In this document: one piece after another, positions 19,477 through 27,798 of the stretch | Numbering within the stretch: position 1 is the stretch's first letter | Layout: each line of letters begins with the position of its first letter | IMG/VR virus record: IMGVR_UViG_3300018080_000107 | Length of the DNA: 64,000 bases | Direction: 5' to 3' (one strand) | Source: a virus | Position numbers and translations under genes: made by a program | Notes under the pieces: model-generated | What the model was told of the DNA's origin: nothing | The model's input: only the letters and a program-made list of their open reading frames with translations | Database searches by the model: none

Positions 19477-20438
19477 GAATTTGTGTAATTGGAAAACCGT
19501 TTTCTAACGCTGGCCACGGGGCAGAATGTGGAATTGTGGACGCACTCGTTGAGCTTGGCCATCTTGTGTGGGTGGTAGATTATGCCGCCAATAAAATGTG
19601 TGGGCCGTATCAAGGACAGTTGTGGACCGATATTGATCTTAGTAGAATTGATGAGATTGATTTTGTTCTTGCGGTTGGTCCAGGCATCCCACCAGGCCAA
19701 ACAGAAATGCCTGAAGTTATTTCTTTCTTGACAAATCATTTTTCAGTATGTTGGAACTCAGAACCAATTAAGCTTGAACAATATAAATCAAGAATATTAT
19801 CTCAGGCTCATCTTTTTGACGTATGGGCAACATTTGATGAGGGTGAAGTGCCAGAATATTCGGACAATAGTTTGCAGTCTTTCTTTTTGCCTCAAGCATA
19901 TAATCCCAAATGGTATCATCCTTTTGAAAATGCACGACCTGAAAAGTTCGCTTGCTTTGTAGGGTCTGTTGGTGGCAAGTGGCAAAATAGGGTACACTTT
20001 CTGAACAGGGCAAGAAGAATCCTTGGTGATCATTTAACAGTTCAGCAAACCTTTAATGCAGAGGTCGTTAATTCTATTTATAATCAACATTGTGTTGTCC
20101 TTAATCTTGGGCTGCACTTTGAACAACTTGGTGCTCCAACCCGGCTTACGTCGTTTGCGTTTCAGCAACGGATCTTTGAGGCAATCGGTGCTGGTGCAGT
20201 TCCAATGACAAACATTCCTGCCGATCTTAAAAATACTCCTGTGCAATGGTCTATGTTTGATAATGGTTCTGATATTATCTATTACACAAATGACAATTTT
20301 GAAGCTGTAATCAAGTATTATGCATCACATCCTGAAAAGATTGCCAACATTCGACTTAATCTTCTTGGGATGCGCCATATGCACACCTATAAAGCGAGAA
20401 TGCAGACACTTATAGAAAATGTACAAAATTTAATGTAA
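19473..20438 (+). CDS. CgeB-like GT-B glycosyltransferase
   Basis: FLPQAYNP..Y.P, FVGS...R, RIFEAIGAG and HTY..R motifs. Confidence 0.8.
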   Translation: MRICVIGKPFSNAGHGAECGIVDALVELGHLVWVVDYAANKMCGPYQGQLWTDIDLSRIDEIDFVLAVGPGIPPGQTEMPEVISFLTNHFSVCWNSEPIKLEQYKSRILSQAHLFDVWATFDEGEVPEYSDNSLQSFFLPQAYNPKWYHPFENARPEKFACFVGSVGGKWQNRVHFLNRARRILGDHLTVQQTFNAEVVNSIYNQHCVVLNLGLHFEQLGAPTRLTSFAFQQRIFEAIGAGAVPMTNIPADLKNTPVQWSMFDNGSDIIYYTNDNFEAVIKYYASHPEKIANIRLNLLGMRHMHTYKARMQTLIENVQNLM

Positions 20439-20463
20439 GAATCGTGCATTTAATCGTCTATTA
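20433..20463 (+). promoter_or_regulatory. ECF-sigma-like promoter ATGTAA-N16-CGTCTATTA upstream of the def-hldD-uxs operon
   Basis: Second copy of the motif at 13757-13787. Confidence 0.7.
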
Positions 20464-20479
20464 AGGTAAGGAGGGTATT

Positions 20480-20917
20480 ATGTCTGATAATCCAATTGTC
20501 GTTACAGATTTAGAACTTTTGCATCAGGTATGTGAACCTGTCAACTCATATGAAGAAGGTAAGGCTATCGTAGATCAACTTGTTGAGGTAGCTCGTAAAT
20601 TTGGCAACAATATAGTTGGACTTTCTGCTCCACAGATAGGAATCCAAAAGCGAGTGTTCATTATTATTTCTGAACTTGGACATTCTCCATTTGTTAATCC
20701 TGTTCTTAAGAAGGTCGGCAAAAAAACTGCAAGTGATATTGAATCATGCTTTAGTGTACCTGGCAAAGAGTTCCGTGTACGTCGGCATAGAAAGATTACG
20801 ATTCGTGATGATGTTCATGGAGTGATGGTACTTCGGGATTATGCTGCACGAGTTTGGCAGCACGAATTTGATCATTTAGATGGTAAAACATTAGTCGATA
20901 CAGGAGATGAGATATGA
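20480..20917 (+). CDS. def: Peptide deformylase
   Basis: GLSAPQIG, ESCFS (EGCLS variant) and QHEFDHLDG motifs. Confidence 0.92.
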   Translation: MSDNPIVVTDLELLHQVCEPVNSYEEGKAIVDQLVEVARKFGNNIVGLSAPQIGIQKRVFIIISELGHSPFVNPVLKKVGKKTASDIESCFSVPGKEFRVRRHRKITIRDDVHGVMVLRDYAARVWQHEFDHLDGKTLVDTGDEI

Positions 20918-21372
20918 GTTACGGACTGCCGGATTTTGAGGAAAGAAAAAGTCTTGCTGAACAAAGAAGTCCTTCGACCAAAAAACGACTCTATACTTGG
21001 GAAGAAGTTGGCACAATGATCTATCAGCTTGGCAATATAATGGAGCCTCTTATTGTAATGGCTGATTATATTGTTGGTGTGAAGCGTGGTGGCCTTGTTC
21101 CAGCAGTTGCGTTAAGTAATAGGTTTAAGAAACCCCTTTTAGTAATTGATCCATTTAAATTTAAAGTTGATGATTTGCCACACGCCCCATTAATTATTGT
21201 GGATGACGTGTTGGATACTGGAAAAGTTTTCAATACAATAACTGAAAAGCTCTATATGAAACGAACTTATATGTTCGGAGCCTTATCCCGTAAGCCGTGG
21301 TTTGAAGAAGATAATAATACTTATACAGTACATGAAACTGACGCATGGATTTGTTTTCCGTGGGAGATATGA
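20914..21372 (+). CDS. Purine phosphoribosyltransferase (Gpt-like)
   Basis: RGGLVPA, IIVDDVLDTG PRPP loop and C-terminal WI.FPWE. Confidence 0.88.
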   Translation: MSYGLPDFEERKSLAEQRSPSTKKRLYTWEEVGTMIYQLGNIMEPLIVMADYIVGVKRGGLVPAVALSNRFKKPLLVIDPFKFKVDDLPHAPLIIVDDVLDTGKVFNTITEKLYMKRTYMFGALSRKPWFEEDNNTYTVHETDAWICFPWEI

Positions 21373-22334
21373 TGAGTAAAACAGCTTTAATCACTGGTTG
21401 CAATGGATTTATCGGTGCCAATATAGGCAATCGTCTTATGAATATGGGCTATGATATTCATGGTGTTGATAATGTGTTGCGGAACCACGATGCACTACCA
21501 GTCGAATATATTTCTCGAAGAGATTCTGAGTCATTCTATAAAGAGTTGAGTGAGGGTAAGGAAATATTGCCAAAACCAGATGTCATTATTCATATGGGTG
21601 CCTGTTCTTCGACAACTGAAGGCAGCATTACCACTATGATGAATAACAATTTGGTTGCCAGTATGTTGCTTGCTCAATATGCGGACGAACATAATATTCG
21701 ATTCATTTATGCGTCAAGTGCTGCGGTTTATGGAGAAGGCAAGAATTTTATGGAGTATGGCGCGGGATTACGACCGTTAAATCTCTATGGAAATTCTAAG
21801 CTTATGTTTGACAACTGGATGATTCGCAACGACATGGACGGTGTTGGGTTGCGGTTTTTCAACGTTTACGGCCCAGGAGAAGAACATAAAAACGGAATGG
21901 CGTCTATGATAACTCGTGGATATCAACAAATTCAAGAGTTTGGCGGCATTAGACTATTTATGCCTGGAATACCATTTATGGCTCGTGATTTTGTTTATGT
22001 ACAGGATGTTGTTAGTGTTGTAGTTCATTTTATTCAGAATCCATTTTTTGATGGAATCTTTAATGTCGGAACAGGTCATGCACGGACTTGGCCAGATATT
22101 GCATTAGCATGGGCAACCGTACTTAAACAACCAGTAACCATACATCCTATTGGATTCCCTCATAGTCTTGGTGGCAAATATCAATATTACACCTGTGCAA
22201 ATTTAGATCGCTTGCGCGACGTGGCAGACTATCGTAAACCATTCAGAACATTAGAAAATGGAATCCAGGATTATTACAAATGTTATATAGGAGATAAAGA
22301 TGGCGATCAAGCACAAAGTTGTGACAGTGAGTGA
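21369..22334 (+). CDS. hldD: ADP-L-glycero-D-manno-heptose 6-epimerase
   Basis: ITG.NGFIG.N, HMGACSSTTE, YASSAAVYG, PLNLYG.SK, GLRFFNVYGP.E.HK..MAS, RDFVYV.DV and GKYQ.YT.A. Start moved to the ATGA overlap. Confidence 0.9.
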   Translation: MMSKTALITGCNGFIGANIGNRLMNMGYDIHGVDNVLRNHDALPVEYISRRDSESFYKELSEGKEILPKPDVIIHMGACSSTTEGSITTMMNNNLVASMLLAQYADEHNIRFIYASSAAVYGEGKNFMEYGAGLRPLNLYGNSKLMFDNWMIRNDMDGVGLRFFNVYGPGEEHKNGMASMITRGYQQIQEFGGIRLFMPGIPFMARDFVYVQDVVSVVVHFIQNPFFDGIFNVGTGHARTWPDIALAWATVLKQPVTIHPIGFPHSLGGKYQYYTCANLDRLRDVADYRKPFRTLENGIQDYYKCYIGDKDGDQAQSCDSE

Positions 22335-22449
22335 CCCAGCGAAGATTAATCATACGATTCGCAAATGGGAGAGAATGGGTTGGAAGTTTGTAAGCACAGA
22401 CACTCCTCGTGATGGTGTTTTTGAAGTTTATTTCATTAAGGAAGAGTAA
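22300..22449 (+). CDS. Small 49-aa protein, DUF4177-like (not in the ORF track)
   Basis: MAIKHKVVTVSDPAKINHTIRKWERMGWKFVSTDTPRDGVFEVYFIKEE; AGGAG RBS; its stop abuts the next ATG. Confidence 0.65.
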   Translation: MAIKHKVVTVSDPAKINHTIRKWERMGWKFVSTDTPRDGVFEVYFIKEE

Positions 22450-23400
22450 ATGAAAAGAATATTGGTAACTGGCGGCAGAGGATTTATTGGGACTCAACTT
22501 TGCAACAGACTTTCAGCACAGCCTGATACAGAAGTAATAGCCGTAGACAATATGCGCTGTCCTTCATTCATGCCGCTCAATAAAAATGTACAAATCTTTG
22601 AAGCAGATGTTTCCGACCCAATGGTTTTTATCACATTGCTGCAAGCCTTCCATGAAGTACATGAAGTGTATCACTTAGCAAGCTTGGCAAGCCCAGTATG
22701 GTACAAAAGATTTCCATTGGAAACCATACGAACTAATGTAATGGGAACACATAATATGTGCGAATTGGCATTAGAATGGGGTGCCAAACTTGTATTAAGT
22801 AGTACGTCGGAAGTATATGGTGATCCTGAAACAACGCCACAAACAGAAAAATATAATGGAAATGTATCCACCAGAACAGATAGAGCGTGCTATGATGAAT
22901 CTAAGCGATGTGCAGAAACCATAGTTTATGAATTTGCCAAGAGAGGACTTAATTCAACAATAGTCCGCATCTTCAACACTTATGGACCTGGAATGCGTCA
23001 CGATGATGGTCGGGTGGTCAGTGAATTTATTATGCGTGCCCTCCAAGATGAAAATCTTATCGTCTGTAATGGTGGACAGCAGACCAGAAGCTTTTGTTAC
23101 ATAGACGATCTGCTTGATTATCTGGTTCTTGCAATGAAGACTGCACATCCTGGACCTATCAATATTGGCAATGATAAAGAAATTAGTATTTTGGATTTGG
23201 CTCAGTTGATAGGCAACATCCTTGGCGAGCAATTGCATATTGAATATAAGATAGTTGACGATGGTGATCCAAAGCGCCGCTGTCCAGATTTGACAACGGC
23301 ACGTGTTGTGCTTGGCTGTATGCCAGAAACAGAACTTACGACCGGACTTATTTATACTGTTGATTACTTTAGGAAATGGTTACAATATAAGGATGCTTAA
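22450..23400 (+). CDS. UDP-glucuronate decarboxylase (UDP-xylose synthase)-like SDR
   Basis: YHLAS.ASP..Y, STSEVYGDP, RACYDESKRCAET, RIFNTYGP.M..DDGRVVS.F, QTRSFCY and DP.RR.PD motifs. Confidence 0.88.
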   Translation: MKRILVTGGRGFIGTQLCNRLSAQPDTEVIAVDNMRCPSFMPLNKNVQIFEADVSDPMVFITLLQAFHEVHEVYHLASLASPVWYKRFPLETIRTNVMGTHNMCELALEWGAKLVLSSTSEVYGDPETTPQTEKYNGNVSTRTDRACYDESKRCAETIVYEFAKRGLNSTIVRIFNTYGPGMRHDDGRVVSEFIMRALQDENLIVCNGGQQTRSFCYIDDLLDYLVLAMKTAHPGPINIGNDKEISILDLAQLIGNILGEQLHIEYKIVDDGDPKRRCPDLTTARVVLGCMPETELTTGLIYTVDYFRKWLQYKDA

Positions 23401-24279
23401 ATGAGCGTATTTTCAGTTACTTGTGGGACACGTGCATGCAATGCTAATTGTCCTTTTTGTATTTCTAAACAAACTGAAGCTTGTGACGATACAGTAGATT
23501 TCAACTGGCGTCGATTTGACAAAGCCATGCGTTATGTATCAAACCAAGGTGTTCAAACAGCGTTAATCACCGGCAGAGGGGAGCCCACGCTACACACCAA
23601 ACACCTATTTGAGATTACCAAAAGACTTAATAAGTATTTTCCAAATGTTGAGTTGCAGACCAATGGAATTCGCTATGATGATATTGTAAATAGAGATAAC
23701 CCACACAAACATAGCTTGGTGCTAAATGGTCTAAATACTGTTTGTATTAGTGCTTGCAGCTTAGACCCAGAAATAAATCGTGCCTATATGGGAATAAAAG
23801 ACGAAGATTTTAATATTCGTGACCTTGTTTCCAAGGTAATAGATGACGGGTTTACTGTTAGGCTTAGTCTGCAAATGACAAATGCATTCTTTTTGTTTCC
23901 AGGCAAAAAAACAACTGACGAAATATTCAAAGATATTATTGCCGATGCAGCAAGTCTTGGCGTTCATCAGTTGACATTTAGAATGATAGGTCAACCGGAC
24001 AATCAAACAGAATCCGGCAAAAAGGCATCGGACTGGATTAAAAAACATTGTCCAAGCCAATTCGCTGTAGAATCTTCTCTCAGACGAACTCTGGTGGCCA
24101 CAGGAACGAAAATTGCTACCTACCATTGGGGAGGAGTCATTTATGATGTAGATGGCGTTAGCGTCTGTCTGGCGGATTGTCTGACAGAGAGTCCTGAAAA
24201 ATTTGAACCTCGTACTTGGATATTTGATGGAAAACATTTGCGGTATAGTTGGCAATATAAAGGTGCTATTATTTTCTAA
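23401..24279 (+). CDS. Radical SAM protein
   Basis: CNANCPFC, ITG.GEP and QTNG motifs. Confidence 0.85.
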   Translation: MSVFSVTCGTRACNANCPFCISKQTEACDDTVDFNWRRFDKAMRYVSNQGVQTALITGRGEPTLHTKHLFEITKRLNKYFPNVELQTNGIRYDDIVNRDNPHKHSLVLNGLNTVCISACSLDPEINRAYMGIKDEDFNIRDLVSKVIDDGFTVRLSLQMTNAFFLFPGKKTTDEIFKDIIADAASLGVHQLTFRMIGQPDNQTESGKKASDWIKKHCPSQFAVESSLRRTLVATGTKIATYHWGGVIYDVDGVSVCLADCLTESPEKFEPRTWIFDGKHLRYSWQYKGAIIF

Positions 24280-24695
24280 TGAGTAATATTTGGGACAATA
24301 TTGATACTGCTGCTAAAATTGCACGAGAAATAGATAACAATATGCGGTCTATTCATTGCGCAATTGTATGTAACAAGCGAAAGATTCTGGCAATAGGCAC
24401 AAATAGCCGTCAGACGCACCCCAAGGCCCCTGTGACCGCTCGTGGACAGTATCTCCATGCCGAGGTCGCATCCATCATAAATGCCGATAGAGAGGCTCTC
24501 AGAGGCTCTGTGTTGTACGTAGTTAGGGTAGGAAAAGCAGTTGGCCGACCCATGCGCATGTCTAAACCATGTGAGTATTGTCAAGCAGCTATCGTAAAGT
24601 CAGGAATAAAAAGGGTTTACTACTCGATTAATGAAGAAAAAGCCGGTTATTGGATTGTAGACCGGAATGAATGGGGAATTAACTGGAGGCCATAA
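24279..24695 (+). CDS. Zn-dependent cytidine/dCMP deaminase-fold protein
   Basis: HAE...SKPCEYC...GIKRVYYS. Confidence 0.85.
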   Translation: MSNIWDNIDTAAKIAREIDNNMRSIHCAIVCNKRKILAIGTNSRQTHPKAPVTARGQYLHAEVASIINADREALRGSVLYVVRVGKAVGRPMRMSKPCEYCQAAIVKSGIKRVYYSINEEKAGYWIVDRNEWGINWRP

Positions 24696-24823
24696 TGACA
24701 TTTCATTTATTACTACAGATTTTGATGGTGTGTGCTGCAATAGGGGCTATCGCTTCTACTGCTGTTGGTGTTTCGTATGCTTTTTTGAAGTTTGTTCAAT
24801 TTTTAAATAGGTTGCCAGAATGA
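24695..24823 (+). CDS. Small 42-aa membrane protein (not in the ORF track)
   Basis: MTFHLLLQILMVCAAIGAIASTAVGVSYAFLKFVQFLNRLPE; GGAGG RBS; TAATG and ATGA overlaps. Confidence 0.65.
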   Translation: MTFHLLLQILMVCAAIGAIASTAVGVSYAFLKFVQFLNRLPE

Positions 24824-25125
24824 AATTTTTATATGTAACTATGCCTGACAAAATGACTTGGGCGATTCCAGTTAGAATTATTGCCGAATCTCGTGCTTGG
24901 CATTACGCTGAAGTTGACGATATATCATTTGAAGAATCTCTTAATGAAGATACATTGCCACTTTTTGAACAAGATGAGTATGAGATTATCGATTGGGCTC
25001 AAAATAATATGAACTGGGAGGATGTAAAAGAATTTGCTACTTTAATTCATATTCCAAGAACAACAGAAGAAGACTACCAAGAAGGTTGGTGTAACGGACA
25101 TAAGGAGATTATAGATCATGACTGA
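24820..25125 (+). CDS. Hypothetical acidic protein
   Basis: Translationally coupled to its neighbours. Confidence 0.7.
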   Translation: MKFLYVTMPDKMTWAIPVRIIAESRAWHYAEVDDISFEESLNEDTLPLFEQDEYEIIDWAQNNMNWEDVKEFATLIHIPRTTEEDYQEGWCNGHKEIIDHD

Positions 25126-25333
25126 GATGATAGGAGGACTTATTATTGTTTTTATACTTTGTTGTGTTGTCGGCATGGCTGTTGGATATATTGTTGGATA
25201 TATGACTGGCAATTATGGCATGAATGGAATAAAACAAAATTATCTTAGATCAAAAAAATATTATGATGTCGCTAAAAAAGAATACAAAACAATGATCGCA
25301 AGCTACAAAAGAGACAATCCGTACCTTTCTTGA
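25118..25333 (+). CDS. Small membrane protein
   Basis: AAGGAG RBS; N-terminal hydrophobic helix and basic tail. Confidence 0.65.
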   Translation: MTEMIGGLIIVFILCCVVGMAVGYIVGYMTGNYGMNGIKQNYLRSKKYYDVAKKEYKTMIASYKRDNPYLS

Positions 25334-25358
25334 GTACAATCGTTCTAAAAAAGGGTAT

Positions 25359-25385
25359 AAAAAAAGCCCCGACTAAGCGGGGCTT
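25359..25385 (-). terminator. Intrinsic terminator at the convergence of the two arms
   Basis: AAGCCCCG-ACTAAG-CGGGGCTT hairpin followed by 7 T on the - strand. Confidence 0.85.
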
Positions 25386-25425
25386 CCCATTCCGAACACG
25401 GCATAAGCCGTTATACTTTCTTGTT

Positions 25426-26088
25426 TTATGCGAATTGGAATATAAAGACAAGATCCCAATCGTCTAAGAATCCCACAGCGTCTGCTCGTACACTTATGGC
25501 AGCACGCCAAATGTGTTCCGCTTGATCTGGGAAATATTTAGTGTTTGGACTATGATCTGCAAAATCAATTCCATTGTAGATACTTCCCATTGAAGACCAA
25601 TAAACAGGCGGGGTCCAATTTTCTATCGACCCAGCTATTCCAGATTCATTGATTTCAAATCCATTTACTGTTACATTAGATGGCGCATCACCTTGCGTTG
25701 CGGTGTTGTCATATGCAAACAGCTTAGCGTTGTAAGTGCTTATTCCACCAATATTTCCAGAAGCACGGAACCAAATTAATAAAGTTCCAGAAGCTATATG
25801 GTCTGCATCTTGATAATCTCCTATTGCGACACGAGGATGACCTGAACTTGAACATCCAGATGCATCAATGTATTTATTATTTACAAGAGCGTCCCACGCC
25901 GCTGGGTCGCGTGCTCCAGTCGAATCAACCACCCAAGTAGAATCATTCCAATTTTCTACGATGATTGCATCTCCTGGTCCGTTAATGCCAAAAAATCCCA
26001 TGTGATCATAAGTTCCCTCTCCAAGAGGGCTTATCATAACACCAGAATTATGACATGCATGAAAAGTTAATACTCCAGAAGTTGCCAT
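25426..26088 (-). CDS. Putative virion structural protein (beta-rich, SG-rich)
   Basis: Has its own late-type promoter and an AGGAGG RBS; 7 of 20 Ser are followed by Gly. Confidence 0.6.
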   Translation of the reverse strand: MATSGVLTFHACHNSGVMISPLGEGTYDHMGFFGINGPGDAIIVENWNDSTWVVDSTGARDPAAWDALVNNKYIDASGCSSSGHPRVAIGDYQDADHIASGTLLIWFRASGNIGGISTYNAKLFAYDNTATQGDAPSNVTVNGFEINESGIAGSIENWTPPVYWSSMGSIYNGIDFADHSPNTKYFPDQAEHIWRAAISVRADAVGFLDDWDLVFIFQFA

Positions 26089-26121
26089 TATATTCCTCCT
26101 GATTAACGAAAAGTCTATTCC

Positions 26122-26136
26122 CTATAGTATTATACG
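26122..26136 (-). promoter_or_regulatory. Late promoter-like motif CGTATAATACTATAG
   Basis: One of four CGTATWATR copies in - strand intergenic gaps. Confidence 0.65.
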
Positions 26137-26140
26137 TCTT

Positions 26141-27790
26141 CTAATCATCTAAAAATTCAACAGGATCATGAACCATATCATCCAAAAATCCAACATATGT
26201 AATAAGGGCTTTTGTATTCCCTTCTTCTTTGCCAGTGAATGTATTACAAGAAGCTCCATAGTCACGCATATTAGCCATGTCTTGTAATGCTATTGTTATG
26301 CTACTAATAGGATTGTGATATGTATCAAGGCCATTTGTGTTAGCCTCTTCAAATTTGTCATAAAGATTTTCTCCGGTTATTGGTCCTCCGTGAAATACAA
26401 CAGCGCCCGGTTCGTCTTGCCACGGACTTAATGCAGATATCCAGCCACCCACTCTTGCATACCTATATACTTCTTCTCTTCCAGAGGTTAATCGAACCAT
26501 TAGTCCTGCACCACCTTGAGTGAATGCCGCAACCTCATCTTCAGTTTTTAATTCAAATGTTTGAAATTTGTGGAAAGTAAAGAAATCATTCCTTTGTGGA
26601 TTTTGACATGCCGACCTTCCAAAAACTTGCGCTGGTGCAAATCCATATGGCAATGCAGGGCCGACCGCTCTGTCAATTTGTTCGCAGTCTGTAAACCATG
26701 TGCAGCTTGTCGCCCAACCTGGCTCTGGAACATCTAGAAACAATCCATCTCCGTCACATGCTCCATGCCCACAAAAATGCCATTTGCCAGATTCAAAATC
26801 AATCATTTTACTAACACGTGTACCAGACCAAAAGAAAGAACACGATTGTCTATGTAGCACCCAAGAAGATGTCCACCAATCTCCAGCAATATCTCCATGA
26901 ATCCTCGAAAAGTTTTCCATTTTCGGAACTTGATATCGCAACATTTGAATTACGAAAGAACAAAATGTATAGAATATTCTTTTGTGATCTCCAATAGTAT
27001 ATCGGTTGGCTTCACTTGACCAGTTGGCATTCTCTGCAGGTCGCTTGGCAAAATCGCTATGCTTAGAATAGATCGATAGTCCCAAAACAGTTAATAGTTC
27101 CTGTTTGGTAATGGGCCATTCGCCATCTTGCATCCTTGACAACAAAGGAATACCCTCTGTTAGTTTGTTTCGTGCCGTCTTAAAAGCATCAACATATATT
27201 CCGCGACTTGAATTACTTGAAGAAGGAAGTGTATATTGAAATTTATGAAATGCTCCGTGCATGGTTTCTCCAGAGATATTCTCAGGAAAAGAATAAAAGG
27301 GAGTTCCCGCGCTGTCAAGATTGGCAGCAATTCCTGGAAGTCTTGCCACGAGTGCTCTTGATACGAATGGAAAACCAGTATAGTGCGCTATGTTAAAACA
27401 TCTACCAAAATGAGACTTTAAATTATCCGGCTCGATCATTAATGTTTCGATTGCGTTCTTGATATCTTCTACGATGTTGGCAAATGCAACAATTGAAATT
27501 CTATTGTTTAACACTGAACGTCCGATAGAAGGAGTAAAGGTATCTTTGACATTTCCTTTTCCGTCATAAGTATTAAAAGTCAACGCTGGCAATCCGTAAA
27601 TTCGTTGTCGTGCCAAATTAACATTATACATGATTTCTTCGAGATAGCGACCATCGAATGGAATTGCTGTTACTTTACTTGTCACGCTTGTTTGAAACGG
27701 ACCCCAACCAGATGTTTTAGTTACTTCTCCTGGAAGTACAAATGGATGTGGTTGTGTGTATTCTAATATTTCATTAGTGAATGCTGACAT
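26141..27790 (-). CDS. Putative tail-tip/virion protein
   Basis: Structural-module context; AGGAG RBS; Cys/Trp-rich central segment. Confidence 0.55.
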   Translation of the reverse strand: MSAFTNEILEYTQPHPFVLPGEVTKTSGWGPFQTSVTSKVTAIPFDGRYLEEIMYNVNLARQRIYGLPALTFNTYDGKGNVKDTFTPSIGRSVLNNRISIVAFANIVEDIKNAIETLMIEPDNLKSHFGRCFNIAHYTGFPFVSRALVARLPGIAANLDSAGTPFYSFPENISGETMHGAFHKFQYTLPSSSNSSRGIYVDAFKTARNKLTEGIPLLSRMQDGEWPITKQELLTVLGLSIYSKHSDFAKRPAENANWSSEANRYTIGDHKRIFYTFCSFVIQMLRYQVPKMENFSRIHGDIAGDWWTSSWVLHRQSCSFFWSGTRVSKMIDFESGKWHFCGHGACDGDGLFLDVPEPGWATSCTWFTDCEQIDRAVGPALPYGFAPAQVFGRSACQNPQRNDFFTFHKFQTFELKTEDEVAAFTQGGAGLMVRLTSGREEVYRYARVGGWISALSPWQDEPGAVVFHGGPITGENLYDKFEEANTNGLDTYHNPISSITIALQDMANMRDYGASCNTFTGKEEGNTKALITYVGFLDDMVHDPVEFLDD

Positions 27791-27798
27791 GCTTACTC

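Noticed and set aside
21345-23400. Bacterial LPS/capsule locus or host contamination
   Set aside because: The genes are translationally coupled to phage-type genes, share a promoter motif with the ssb operon and lack export or polymerase genes.
25334-25425. tRNA or ncRNA in the convergence gap
   Set aside because: The gap is short and explained by the terminator; no cloverleaf is visible.
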